Positions 37,541-52,100 of a stretch of DNA of 61,594 nucleotides are shown here, one piece after another. Source of the DNA: Nemertoderma westbladi (lineage: Eukaryota; Animalia; Xenacoelomorpha); assembly GCA_032718475.1 (NCBI GenBank), contig JAUCBJ010005426.1, positions 1-61,594 of the forward strand, read 5' to 3'. The translations under genes were made by a program, and so were the position numbers. How positions within the stretch are numbered: the stretch's first letter is position 1; the number at the start of each line of letters is the position of its first letter. The notes beneath the pieces are model-generated. The model had not been told where the DNA came from. It worked only from the letters and a program-made list of their open reading frames with translations, and made no database searches.

Positions 37541-38314
37541 CATAGACAAACATAGTGTAGTTGGGTCACTCACCATTCATTATCATCAACCTATAAACCA
37601 TTTAAACGGCCCAGTGCTTACAATTCAATTACCTTGCCTCCCACCTAACATAGCAGTGAGTACGTGTAACCTTATAGATATTGCCATATGATTCACTGGG
37701 AAGGAGCTATTCATCTGGTGGGGTAATACATTATACAAACTAACAGTTGATGTTTGATTACTGCCTGGGATAGAGTGAGAGAGTAATAAATTTAGCAAGT
37801 AACTGGGGGTTTGGGGTTTCTGCCATTTTCTCCTACGACATAGGAATCCCGTTCGCTATATCTCAAATTATCCCATATAAATAATAGTCATTTATAATCG
37901 AGTATCGAATTAGAAAGCGAGACCTTATATAACATCAATAAAGTATACTCTGTAAACACTGTAATGAAATTCAAATACTTCTGTGCAGTTTGGGCCTATC
38001 CATTCAATCAATAGTAGTAGCTTACTAGGCCCACATGGAGTACCAGCAGCTGGTGTTTCTATCGTTGAGTTGATGGCAATTTTCGTGTTTTCATTTTCGC
38101 TCACTCATGGTACTGGTTTGATGGGCAGGTTCGCTTAAAGCCAGCTTTCTGACTTTCTAATAAAATAACAAAAAGAAAATTGTTATGCTACATATAGAAT
38201 AATGTTGGTTGAGCTTGTGGTGGAATGGCCGATCGATACCATTTGTTAGGATTTCCCAAAATACAATTATTAGGTAAATAAGTAAAATATTTACTTCTTT
38301 ACAGATTTTATAAT

Positions 38315-38442
38315 ACACACATTAATCAGGGACACACATTAATCAGGGACACACATTAATCAGGGACACACATTAATCAGGGACACACATTAATCCGGGA
38401 CACAAATATTAATGAAGGGCACAAACTTTACTGATGGACACA
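38315..38442 (-). repeat. Short inverted cluster of monomers related to the large 19-bp satellite (17-bp variant x ~5)
   Basis: acacacattaatcaggg and acacaaatattaatgaaggg are reverse-complement relatives of ccctcattaatgtttgtgt. Confidence 0.8.
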
Positions 38443-38504
38443 TTATTCAAGGGCAAAGCATTAAAAGTTCAAATTCAATTAGCTAGATAGTAGCTATCTA
38501 TCCC

Positions 38505-39833
38505 ATCATAGTAGACATGTACCAAACAACAAGAGTCCCACAAGAAATGAAAACAAATAAGTTGGTTCCAGTTCCCAAGAAGGGCAACCTAACACTCTAT
38601 GGTTCTTTTCGGGGAATCTCATTGATCTCGATTGCTGCAAAGCTATACAATAGGATTCTATTAAATCGCATCAGGGATCCCATTGAGAGACTGCTCCGTG
38701 GAAATCAGAATGGGTTCTGTAAAGGTCGTGGGACCATGGAGCCCATTTTGGCACTTAGAAGGATAATTGAAGAATTATCAAAAAAGAAAGACAGGCATCT
38801 GGCTGTTATCTTTGTTGACTTCTTCAAGGCCTTTGATTCAGTCTCTCGCTCACGTATGTTCAGCATACTTTCATTATATGGGATTCCTGATGAAATTATT
38901 GCAGCAATCAGATCAGTATACGATGGTTCGACAACATTTGTGTCTACTGTTGACGGTGACACAGAACCATTTGAAGTGTTATGGGGCGTCCTCCAAGGAG
39001 ACACACTTGCACCATTCTTGTTCATTATTGTGGTTGACTATGTTCTACGCATGTCCTTAGATCATCATAATGATGATGGGGTGATGATAACTCCACCTAC
39101 TGGCTCCAGAAGTCGAGGAAATCCTGCCAAGTACCTAACTGATCTAGACTTTGCTGATGACTTATGAGTACTCTCAGAATCATTAGAGGGAGCCCAACGG
39201 CTCCTCAGCTCATTAGAACATGCTGCTTCTAGTGTTGGTCTTTTTATTAACTCCAGAAAGACCAAAATTTTGACAGTTAACTTTGAAGGTCCTCAGCAAG
39301 TCTCTGATCGGATGAGCATAAGCTCAAAGGATGGTATGCTTGAGCATGTGGACGACTTCTGTTACCTGGGATCATGGATCCGGATGTCAGGTGAGGACCT
39401 TCGAATACGTAAGGGAAAGGCTTGGGCAGCCTTGAATAGGCTTTCCAGGATTTGGAAGTCACCGAGAATTAATCGGAAACTTAAGGTCCGATTATTTAGA
39501 GCAGCAGTAGTTCCAGTACTCCTCTACGGGAGTCCATGCTGGGCTCTAACTGCTGAGGACACCAAATCTCTGGATGGCACATTCACAAGAATGCTACGCC
39601 GGGTTCATTGTGTCAAGTACAATGCACACATCTCCAACCAGACACTATATAACATTGGAGGTGTCTCATTGGTTCCCCCAAGCTTGACACTAGAACAAAA
39701 TCGCCTCCGCTTTGCAGGACATTGCTTTCGCCGTGAGGACCAGCCAGTGCACAATCTTGTACTTTGGCAGCCTCATGGAGTGAATAAGCATGGTGGACAG
39801 CCCATGACTTTCTTGAGACGCATCTTAAAGGAC
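38505..39833 (+). pseudogene. RTE-like LINE reverse-transcriptase fragment, truncated at both ends
   Basis: RT motifs PKKG, FRGISL, NQNGF, FVDFFKAFDSV, GVLQGDTLAPFLF, DFADD and YLGS. In-frame stop at 39165-39167. Homology to the 10876-12040 copy stops after ..LKD. Confidence 0.92.
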
Positions 39834-40127
39834 AAATGTCATGGGTGATAGGGAGTTGTGGCGGTCCAATTTTGTTGACAAGCCGGCACAGCATTCTTAA
39901 AAATGCAGCTGCAATGCAGCATGCCGATCCTAAGTAATGTCTACGGTCCACATATGTCTACATGTCCGGCACTACTTTGATCGGATGTAACGTTCCCACG
40001 GCGGTATTTTGTGAGTTAAACCACTCAATATCTAATAACGTCTGAGGTAAAACATATTGCCCGTATTAGTCTTCATTGACAATAATTGGCCCGTATTAAT
40101 GTGTCAGCCATTATGTTTATGTCCCTA

Positions 40128-40198
40128 ATCCAATCCCATCTGTTTCTTGGAGTCCGTGTAAGACAGGTTCGTTTAAAGCCAGCTTGATGGCGTTCTAG
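40128..40198 (+). mobile_element. Helitron-like 3' terminus (AACGAACCTG subfamily)
   Basis: Inverted near-identical copy of 33573-33642: subTIR aagacaggttcgtt, hairpin, CTAG|t. Confidence 0.75.
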
Positions 40199-43100
40199 TA
40201 TTTGTTTTCCTCATTAATATTTGTGTCCATTATTAATGTTTCTGTCCCTCATTAATGTTTGTGCCCATTATTAATATTTCTGTCCCTCATTAATGTTTGT
40301 GCCCATTATTAATATTTCCGTCCCTCATTAATATTTGTGTCCCTCATTAATTTTTGTGTCCCTCGTTAATGTTTGTGTCCCTCATTAATGTTTGTGCCCA
40401 TTATTAATATTTCTGTCCCTCATTAATGTTTGTGCCCATTATTAATATTTCCGTCCCTCATTAATATTTGTGTCCCTCATTAATTTTTGTGTCCCTCGTT
40501 AATGTTTGTGTCCCTCATTAATGTTTGTGCCCATTATTAATATTTCTGTCCCTCATTAATGTTTGTGCCCATTATTAATATTTCTGTCCCTCATTAATGT
40601 TTGTGCCCATTATTAATATTTCCGTCCCTCATTAATATTTGTGTCCCTCATTAATTTTTGTGTCCCTCGTTAATGTTTGTGTCCCTCATTAATATTTGTG
40701 TCCCTCATTAATTTTTGTGTCCCTCGTTAATGTTTGTGTCCCTCATTAATGTTTGTGCCCATTATTAATATTTCTGTCCCTCATTAATGTTTGTGCCCAT
40801 TATTAATATTTCCGTCCCTCATTAATATTTGTGTCCCTCATTAATTTTTGTGTCCCTCGTTAATATTTGTGTACCTCATTAATGTTAGTGTCCCTCATTA
40901 ATGTTTGTGTCCCTCATTAATGTTTGTGTCCCTCATTAATATTTGTGTCCCTCATTAATGTTTCTGTCCCTCATTAATGTTTGTGCCCATTATTAATATT
41001 TCTGTCCCTCATTAATGTTTGTGCCCATTATTAATATTTCCGTCCCTCATTAATATTTGTGTCCCTCATTAATTTTTGTGTCCCTCGTTAATGTTTGTGT
41101 CCCTCATTAATGTTTGTGCCCATTATTAATATTTCCGTCCCTCATTAATTTTTGTGTCCCTCGTTAATGTTTGTGTCCCTCATTAATTTTTGTGTCCCTC
41201 GTTAATGTTTGTGTCCCCCATTAATGTTTGTGTCCCTCATTAATGTTTGTGTCCCTCATTAATGTTTGTGTCCCTCATTAATGTTTGTGTCCATTATTAA
41301 TGTTTGTGTCCATTATTAATGTTTGTGTCCCTCATTAATGTTTGTGTCCCTCATTAATTTTTGTGTCCCTCGTTAATGTTTGTGTCCCCCATTAATGTTT
41401 GTGTCCCTCATTAATGTTTGTGTCCCTCATTAATGTTTGTGTCCCTCATTAATGTTTGTGTCCATTATTAATGTTTGTGTCCATTATTAATGTTTGTGTC
41501 CCTCATTAATGTTTGTGTCCATTATTAATGTTTGTGTCCATTATTAATGTTTGTGTCCATTATTAATGTTTGTGTCCCTCATTAATGTTTGTGTCCATTA
41601 TTAATGTTTGTGTCCCTCATTAATGTTTGTGTCCCTCATTAATGTTTGTGTCCCTCATTAATTTTTGTGTCCCCCATTTATGTTTGTGTCCCTCGTTAAT
41701 GTTTGTGTCCCTCATTTATGTTTGTGTCCCTCATTTATGTTTGTGTCCCTCATTTATGTTTGTGTCCCTCGTTAATGTTTGTGTCCATTATTAATGTTTG
41801 TGTCCATTATTAATGTTTGTGTCCCTCATTAATGTTTGTGTCCATTATTAATGTTTGTGTCCATTATTAATGTTTGTGTCCATTATTAATGTTTGTGTCC
41901 CTCATTAATGTTTGTGTCCATTATTAATGTTTGTGTCCCTCATTAATGCTTGTGTCCCTGATTAATGTTTGTGTCCATTATTAATGTTTGTGTCCCTCAT
42001 TAATGTTTGTGTCCCTGATTAATGTTTGTGTCCATTATTAATGTTTGTGTCCATTATTAATGTTTGTGTCCATTATTAATGTTTGTGTCCCTCATTAATG
42101 TTTGTGTCCATTATTAATGTTTGTGTCCATTATTAATGTTTGTGTCCATTATTAATGTTTGTGTCCCTCATTAATGTTTGTGTCCATTATTAATGTTTGT
42201 GTCCATTATTAATGTTTGTGTCCATTATTAATGTTTGTGTCCCTCATTAATGTTTGTGTCCCTCATTAATGTTTGTGTCCCCCATTTATGTTTGTGTCCC
42301 TCGTTAATGTTTGTGTCCTTCATTTATGTTTGTGTCCCTCATTTATGTTTGTGTCCCTCATTTATGTTTGTGTCCATTATTAATGTTTGTGTCCATTATT
42401 AATGTTTGTGTCCCTCATTAATGTTTGTGTCCATTATTAATGTTTGTGTCCATTATTAATGTTTGTGTCCATTATTAATGTTTGTGTCCCTCATTAATGT
42501 TTGTGTCCCTCATTAATTTTTGTGTCCCCCATTTATGTTTGTGTCCCTCGTTAATGTTTGTGTCCCTCATTTATGTTTGTGTCCCTCATTTATGTTTGTG
42601 TCCCTCATTTATGTTTGTGTCCCTCGTTAATGTTTGTGTCCATTATTAATGTTTGTGTCCCTCATTAATGTTTGTGTCCCTGATTAATGTTTGTGTCCAT
42701 TATTAATGTTTGTGTCCATTATTAATGTTTGTGTCCATTATTAATGTTTGTGTCCCTCATTAATGTTTGTGTCCATTATTAATGTTTGTGTCCATTATTA
42801 ATGTTTGTGTCCATTATTAATGTTTGTGTCCCTCATTAATGTTTGTGTCCATTATTAATGTTTGTGTCCATTATTAATGTTTGTGTCCATTATTAATGTT
42901 TGTGTCCCTCATTAATGTTTGTGTCCCTCATTAATGTTTTCGTCCCCCATTAATGTTTGTGTCCCTCATTAATGTTTGTGTCCCTCATTAATGTTTGTGT
43001 CCCTCATTAATATTTCCGTCCCTCATTAATATTTGTGTCCCTCATTAATATTTCTGTCCCTCGTTAATGTTTGTGTCCATTATTAATGTCTGTGTCCCTC

Positions 43101-46100
43101 ATTATTGTTTGTATCCATTATTAATGTTTTTGTCCCCCATTAATGTTTGTGTCCCTCATTAATGTTTGTGTCCCTCATTAATGTTTGTGCCCATTATTAA
43201 TACTTCTGTCCCTCATTAATGTTTGTGTCCATTATTAATATTTCTGTCCCTCATTAATGTTTGTGCCCATTATTAATATTTCCGTCCCTCATTAATTTTT
43301 GTGTCCCCCATTAATATTTGTGTCCCTCGTTAATGTTTGTGTCCATTATTAATGTTTGTGTCCCTCATTAATGTTTGTGTCCCTCATTAATATTTCCGTC
43401 CCTCATTAATATTTGTGTCCCTCATTAATATTTGTGTCCCTCATTAATGTTTGTGCCCATTATTAATATTTCCGTCCCTCATTAATTTTTGTGTCCCCCA
43501 TTTATGTTTGTGTCCCTCATTAATGTTTGTGTCCCTCGTTAATGTTTGTGCCCATTATTAATATTTCCGTCCCTCATTAATATTTGTGTCCCTCATTAAT
43601 ATTTCTGTCCCTCGTTAATGTTTGTGTCCATTATTAATGTCTGTGTCCCTCATTATTGTTTGTATCCATTATTAATGTTTTTGTCCCCCATTAATGTTTT
43701 TGTCCCCCATTAATGTTTGTGTCCCTCATTAATGTTTGTGTCCCTCATTAATGTTTGTGCCCATTATTAATATTTCCGTCCCTCATTAATTTTTGTGTCC
43801 CCCATTTATGTTTGTGTCCCTCATTAATGTTTGTGCCCATTATTAATATTTCCGTCCCTCATTAATATTTGTGTCCCTCATTAATATTTCTGTCCCTCGT
43901 TAATGTTTGTATCCCTCATTCATGTTTGTATCCCTGATTAATGTTTGTATTCCTCATTAATGTTTGTGTCCATTATTAATGTTTGTGTCCATTATTAATG
44001 TTTGTGCCCATTATTAATATTTCCGTCCCTCATTAATATTTGTGTCCCTCATTAATATTTCTGTCCCTCGTTAATGTTTGTGCCCATTATTAATATTTCC
44101 GTCCCTCATTAATATTTGTGTCCCTCATTAATATTTCTGTCCCTCATTAATGTTTGTGCCCATTATTAATATTTCCGTCCCTCATTAATATTTCCGTCCC
44201 TCATTAATATTTGTGTCCCTCATTAATATTTCTGTCCCTCGTTAATGTTTGTGCCCATTATTAATATTTCCGTCCCTCATTAATGTTTGTGCCCATTATT
44301 AATATTTCCGTCCCTCATTAATATTTGTGTCCCTCATTAATATTTCTGTCCCTCGTTAATGTTTGTATCCCTCATTCATGTTTGTATCCCTGATTAATGT
44401 TTGTATTCCTCATTAATGTTTGTGTCCATTATTAATGTTTGTGTCCATTATTAATGTTTGTGTCCATTATTAATGTTTGTGCCCATTATTAATGTTTGTG
44501 CCCATTATTAATATTTCCGTCCCTCATTAATATTTGTGTCCCTCATTAATATTTCTGTCCCTCGTTAATGTTTGTGTCCCTCATTATTGTTTGTATCCAT
44601 TATTAATGTTTTTGTCCCCCATTAATGTTTGTGTCCCTCATTAATGTTTGTGTCCCTCATTAATGTTTGTGCCCATTATTAATATTTCCGTCCCTCATTA
44701 ATATTTGTGTCCCTCATTAATATTTCTGTCCCTCGTTAATGTTTGTGTCCCTCATTATTGTTTGTATCCATTATTAATGTTTTTGTCCCCCATTAATGTT
44801 TGTGTCCCTCATTAATGTTTGTGTCCCTCATTAATGTTTGTGTCCCTCATTAATGTTTGTGTCCCTCATTAATGTTTGTGCCCATTATTAATATTTCCGT
44901 CCCTCATTAATATTTGTGTCCCTCATTAATATTTCTGTCCCTCGTTAATGTTTGTGTCCCTCATTATTGTTTGTATCCATTATTAATGTTTTTGTCCCCC
45001 ATTAATGTTTGTGTCCCTCATTAATGTTTGTGTCCCTCATTAATGTTTGTGCCCATTATTAATATTTCCGTCCCTCATTAATATTTGTGTCCCTCATTAA
45101 TATTTCTGTCCCTCGTTAATGTTTGTGTCCATTATTAATACTTCTGTCCCTCATTAATGTTTGTGTCCCTCATTAATGTTTGTGCCCATTATTAATATTT
45201 CCGTCCCTCATTAATTTTTGTGTCCCCCATTAATATTTGTGTCCCTCATTAATGTTTGAGTCCCTCATTAATGTTTGTGTCCCTCATTAATTTTTGTGTC
45301 CCTCATTAATGTTTGTGTCCCTAATTAATGTTTGTGTCCCTCATTAATGTTTGTGTCCCTCGTTAATGTTTGTGTCCCTCATTAATATTTCCGTCCCTCA
45401 TTAATATTTGTGTCCCTCATTAATATTTCTGTCCCTCGTTAATGTTTGTGTCCATTATTAATGTCTGTGTCCCTCATTATTGTTTGTATCCATTATTAAT
45501 GTTTTTGTCCCCCATTTATGTTTGTGTCCCTCATTAATGTCTGTGTCCCTCATTAATGTTTGTGTCCCCCATTAATGTTTGTGTCCCTCATTAATGTTTG
45601 TGTCCCTCATTAATGTTTGTGTCCCTCATTTATGTTTGTATCCCTCATTAATGTTTGTGTCCCTCATTAATGTTTGTGTCCCTCATTAATGTTTGTGTCC
45701 CTCATTAATGTTTGTGTCCCTCGTTAATGTTTGTGTCCATTATTAATGTTTGTGTCCCTCATTATTGTTTGTATCCATTATTAATGTTTTTGTCCCTCAT
45801 TAATGTTTGTGTCCCTCGTTAATGTTTGTGTCCATTATTAATGTTTGTGTCCCTCATTATTGTTTGTATCCATTATTAATGTTTTTGTCCCTCATTAATG
45901 TTTGTGTCCCTCATTAATGTTTGTGTCCCTCATTAATGTTTGTGTCCCTCATTAATGTTTGTGTCCCTCATTAATGTTTGTGTCCCTCATTTATGTTTGT
46001 ATCCCTCATTAATGTTTGTGTCCCTCATTAATGTTTGTGTCCCTCATTAATGTTTGTGTCCCTCGTTAATGTTTGTATCCATTATTAATGTTTGTGTCCA

Positions 46101-49100
46101 TTATTAATGTTTGTGCCCATTATTAATATTTCCGTCCCTCATTAATATTTGTGTCCCTCATTAATGTTTGTGTCCCTCATTAATGTTTGTGTCCCTCATT
46201 AATGTTTGTGTCCCTCATTAATATTTCTGTCCCTCGTTAATGTTTGTGTCCATTATTAATGTTTGTGTCCCTCATTATTGTTTGTATCCATTATTAATGT
46301 TTTTGTCCCCCATTAATGTTTGTGTCCCTCATTAATGTTTGTGTCCCTCATTAATGTTTGTGTCCCTCATTAATGTTTGTGCCCATTATTAATATTTCCG
46401 TCCCTCATTAATATTTGTGTCCCTCATTAATATTTCTGTCCCTCGTTAATGTTTGTGTCCATTATTAATACTTCTGTCCCTCATTAATGTTTGTGTCCCT
46501 CATTATTGTTTGTGTCCATTATTAATATTTGTGTATATTAGTAATATTTCTGTCCCTCATTAATGTTTGTGTCCCTCATTATTGTTTGTGTCCCTTATTA
46601 ATGTTTGTGCCCATTATTAATATTTGTGTATATTAGTAATATTTCTGTCCCTCATTAATGTTTGTGTCCCTCATTAATGTTTGTGTCCCTCATTATTGTT
46701 TGTGTCCCTCATTATTGTTTGTGTCCATTATTAATATTTGTGTATATTAGTAATATTTCTGTCCCTCATTAATGTTTGTGTCCCTCATTAATGTTTGTGT
46801 CCATTATTAATATTTCCGTCCCTCATTAATATTTGTGTCCCTCATTAATATTTCTGTCCCTCATTAATGTTTGTGTCCCTCATTAATGTTTGTGCCCATT
46901 ATTAATATTTCCGTCCCTCATTAATATTTGTGTCCCTCATTAATATTTCTGTCCCTCGTTAATGTTTGTGTCCATTATTAATGTTTGTGTCCCTCATTAT
47001 TGTTTGTATCCATTATTAATGTTTTTGTCCCCCATTAATGTTTGTGTCCCTCATTAATGTTTGTGTCCCTCATTAATGTTTGTGCCCATTATTAATATTT
47101 CCGTCCCTCATTAATATTTGTGTCCCTCATTAATATTTCTGTCCCTCGTTAATGTTTGTGTCCATTATTAATACTTCTGTCCCTCATTAATGTTTGTGTC
47201 CCTCATTATTGTTTGTGTCCATTATTAATATTTGTGTATATTAGTAATATTTCTGTCCCTCATTAATGTTTGTGTCCCTCATTATTGTTTGTGTCCATTA
47301 TTAATATTTGTGTATATTAGTAATATTTCTGTCCCTCATTAATGTTTGTGTCCCTCATTATTGTTTGTATCCATTATTAATATTTCCGTCCCTCATTAAT
47401 TAGGAGCCCGCTTGACAGCGGGATACTTACTGTAAGAATCTTCAGGATACATTACATTGACTGACACTGACTGACTGATAATTATCTAGGTTAAGGCACT
47501 TCCTGCCTGGCGATTTTGATGAAATTTTGCAAGTACATTGCTTTTGAGGTTCATAATCGCGTTACAAAATTTCAGATCGATTCTATGTGTGGTATTCGAT
47601 ATATTTAGTTTTTTGACATTGTTTTGTCGCGAAATTAAAAGCAATGGTAAAATAACAGCTGGTGTTCATGATGAAATATGGCTTAATATGTTATACACAG
47701 TCATAGTAAAACGTATTGGTTGCCAAGTTTTACTAGTAGGCTATAAGGAAAGTCAATGTTTACTCACACATAAGCTGTTGGTTTCTAATGTATTACCCCA
47801 TAAGCTGATTGCTCTCCCAGTGCTTCCTAAGGGTATATCTACAATAAGGTTACTCACTCTGCTATGTTAGGGGGTGGATCAGGAGAATGAATTTTAGTTA
47901 CACAAAGCAGTGTGTTGTGTCCTATTGCAGTCGATACTCACTGTGGATTGCAAAATGTTTTATAGTTGACCTACACTATAATACAGTAGTTGCATGTATT
48001 TAAGGAGCCCGCTCTGGCCTACTGCCTAACTTAGCAGTAATACCTATATTACATATACACATATTAAAAATATTCTTATTTTTTTTATTACATACGATTT
48101 TTTAGCTGAAACAATTTTTTAGCTGAAGCATTAATAGTGTAAATTAATTTAATTATATTTTAATACCATTACTACATTGGCATACTGTAAGATAAGTTTT
48201 AATATTTCTTACAAATAGTGGTGCGAGCATAAATCAAATCACGCAAATTTAAAAGAACCGGGTGTGTTGTCATAGCAAAGTTTCAGTTTTTATTATGTGG
48301 GACGAGCCACAAAGTACTGCTGAGAAAGACTGAAAGGTTCAAAGACTGTATGTCAACAATGTTATTATTATTATAGTCTGCGCCACAAACAGAATATGCC
48401 AAATAATTAAATTAGCAATATAAATTTCAGAAAAATAGCTATCGGACTTGGCTGAAGAAATCGAATTATAATCCACTTAGTTTGTTATATTGATGATATT
48501 ATTACTCTCTGGGAATGTGTTGGAATGGGAGATTGTAAATTATTATTGAACAGTAAATATTACATATCCCATAAAAGTCGTCATAATTAATTGTGTAGAA
48601 ACAATTGTTCACCTTCTCGTTTAGATTAATTAGTAAATAAATAAATTAGTTTAGATATTTTCTGTTAGCGAATTTATTTCGAATAATAAAAAAGTGTGTA
48701 GGCCGATTGTATGGTTGTTTAATTTGCGTTATTATTTTTCGCCGCGACCTAGATTTCTATTAATTGTTAAATCTAATGGTTTTCAAAAAGAAAGGTAACC
48801 GTACCTGTACTGGTAAATCTAACTTGTTATTTATCTGGTTGTGAATCATGGGCATTTTCTTATAAATATTCGGTTGTTAGTGGCAGCAAAGTTTCATTTT
48901 TTATTATGTGGGGCAAGCCACAAAGTCAGCTATGTATCATCACAATTGTTTAGTTTAGTATTGGCTAGGATTCTTCCCCCCGGGCTCCTTCCAGCCAGCT
49001 TGCTGGCTCTCTAGTATTTGTGTCCCTCATTAATGTTTGTGTCCCTCATTAATGTTTGTGTCCATTATTAATATTTTTTGCCCCCATTAATGTTTGTGTC

Positions 49101-52100
49101 CCACATTATTGTTTGTGTCCATTATTAATGTTTGTGTCCCACATTATTGTTTGTGTCCATTATTAATGTTTGTGTCCATCCCATCATTAATATTTGTGTC
49201 TCTCATCAATATTGGTGCCCATTATTAATATTTGTGTATATTAGTAATATTTCTGTCCCTCATTAATGTTTGTGTCCCTCATTATTGTTTGTGTCCATTA
49301 TTAATGTTTGTGTCCACCCCATCATTAATATTTGTGTCTCTCATCAATATTGGTGCCCATTATTAATATTTGTGTATATTAGTAATATTTCTGTCCCTCA
49401 TTAATGTTTGTGTCCCTCATTATTGTTTGTGTCCATTATTAATGTTTGTGTCCACCCCATCATTAATATTTGTGTCTCTCATCAATATTGGTGCCCATTA
49501 TTAATATTTGTGTATATTAGTAATACTTCTGTCCCTCATTAATGTTTGTGTCCATTATTAATGTTTGTGTCCATTATTAATGTTTGTGTCCATTATTAAT
49601 GTTTGTGTCCATTATTAATGTTTGTGTCCATTATTAATGTTTGTGTCCATTATTAATTTTTGTGTCCATTATTAATATTTCTGTCCCTCATTAATGTTTG
49701 TGTCCCTCATTAATGTTTGTGTCCATTATTAATATTTTTTGTCCCCCATTAATGTTTGTGTCCCACATTATTGTTTGTGTCCATTATTAATATTTGTGTC
49801 CATCCCATTATTAATATTTGTGTCTCTCATCAATATTGGTGCCCATTATTAATATTTGTGTATATTAGTAATATTTCTGTCCCTCATTAATGTTTGTGTC
49901 CATTATTAATGTTTGTGTCCATTATTAATGTTTGTGTCCCTCATTATTGTTTGTGTCCATTATTAATGTTTGTGTCCACCCCATCATTAATATTTGTGTC
50001 TCTCATCAATATTGGTGCCCATTATTAATATTTGTGTATATTAGTAATACTTCTGTCCCTCATTAATGTTTGTGTCCATTATTAATGTTTGTGTCCATTA
50101 TTAATGTTTTTTGTCCCCCATTAATGTTTGTGTCCCTCATTATTGTTTGTGTCCATTATTAATGTTTGTGTCCACCCCATCATTAATATTTGTGTCTCTC
50201 ATCAATATTGGTGCCCATTATTAATATTTGTGTATATTAGTAATATTTCTGTCCCTCATTAATGTTTGTGTCCCTCATTATTGTTTGTGTCCATTATTAA
50301 TGTTTGTGTCCACCCCATCATTAATATTTGTGTCTCTCATCAATATTGGTGCCCATTATTAATATTTGTGTATATTAGTAATACTTCTGTCCCTCATTAA
50401 TGTTTGTGTCCATTATTAATGTTTGTGTCCATTATTAATGTTTGTGTCCATTATTAATGTTTGTGTCCATTATTAATGTTTGTGTCCATTATTAATGTTT
50501 GTGTCCATTATTAATTTTTGTGTCCATTATTAATATTTCTGTCCCTCATTAATGTTTGTGTCCCTCATTAATGTTTGTGTCCATTATTAATATTTTTTGT
50601 CCCCCATTAATGTTTGTGTCCCACATTATTGTTTGTGTCCATTATTAATATTTGTGTCCATCCCATCATTAATATTTGTGTCTCTCACCAATATTGGTGC
50701 CCATTATTAATATTTGTGTATATTAGTAATATTTCTGTCCCTCATTAATGTTTGTGTCCATTATTAATGTTTGTGTCCATTATTAATGTTTGTGTCCATT
50801 ATTAATGTTTGTGTCCCTCATTATTGTTTGTGTCCATTATTAATGTTTGTGTCCACCCCATCATTAATATTTGTGTCCCTCATGAATGTTTGTGTCCCTC
50901 ATTTATGTTTGTGTCCATTATTAATACTTCTGTCCCTCATTAATGTTTGTGTCCATTATTAATGTTTGTGTCCATTATTAATATTTTTTGTCCCCCATTA
51001 ATGTTTGTGTCCCTCATTATTGTTTGTGTCCATTATTAATGTTTGTGTCCACCCCATCATTAATATTTGTGTCTCTCATCAATATTGGTGCCCATTATTA
51101 ATATTTGTGTATATTAGTAATACTTCTGTCCCTCATTAATGTTTGTGTCCATTATTAATGTTTGTGTCCATTATTAATTTTTGTGTCCCCCATTTATGTT
51201 TGTGTCCATTATTAATATTTCTGTCCCTCATTAATGTTTGGTCCTTCATTCATGTTTTTATCGTCTCCATTATTAATGTTTGTGTCCATCCCATCATTAA
51301 TATTTGTGTCTCTCATCAATATTGGTGCCCATTATTAATATTTGTGTATATTAGTAATACTTCTGTCCCTCATTAATGTTTCTGTCCCACATTATTGTTT
51401 GTGTCCATTATTAATGTTTGTGTCCACCCCATCATTAATATTTGTGTCTCTCATCAATATTGGTGCCCATTATTAATATTTGTGTATATTAGTAATACTT
51501 CTGTCCCTCATTAATGTTTGTGTCCATTATTAATGTTTGTGTCCATTATTAATGTTTGTGTCCATTATTAATTTTTGTGTCCCCCATTTATGTTTGTGTC
51601 CATTATTAATATTTCTGTCCCTCATTAATGTTTGTGTCCATTATTAATATTTTTTGTCCCCCATTTATGTTTGTGTCCATTATTAATATTTCTGTCCCTC
51701 GTTAATGTTTGTGTCCATTATTAATATTTCTGTCCCTCGTTAATGTTTGTGTCCATTATTAATATTTTTTGCCCCCATTAATGTTTGTGTCCATTATTAA
51801 TATTTTTTGTCCCCCATTTATGTTTGTGTCCATTATTAATATTTCTGTCCCTCGTTAATGTTTGTGTCCATTATTAATATTTCTGTCCCTCGTTAATGTT
51901 TGTGTCCATTATTAATATTTTTTGTCCCCCATTAATGTTTGTGTCCCTCATTATTGTTTGTGTCCATTATTAATGTTTGTTTCCATCCCATCATTAATAT
52001 TTGTGTCTCTCATCAATATTGGTGCCCATTATTAATATTTGTGTATATTAGTAATACTTCTGTCCCTCATTAATGTTTGTGTCCCTCATTAATGTTTGTG

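Larger units (their letters stand above)
35385..38160 (+). mobile_element. Non-autonomous Helitron/Helentron-like element with amplified 5' end
   Basis: The array runs into a HINE-like body ((GT)n then atatctcaaaaact). The 3' subTIR ggcaggttcg (38124-38133) is followed by an imperfect hairpin aaagccag-cttt-ctgacttt and CTAA. Confidence 0.7.
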
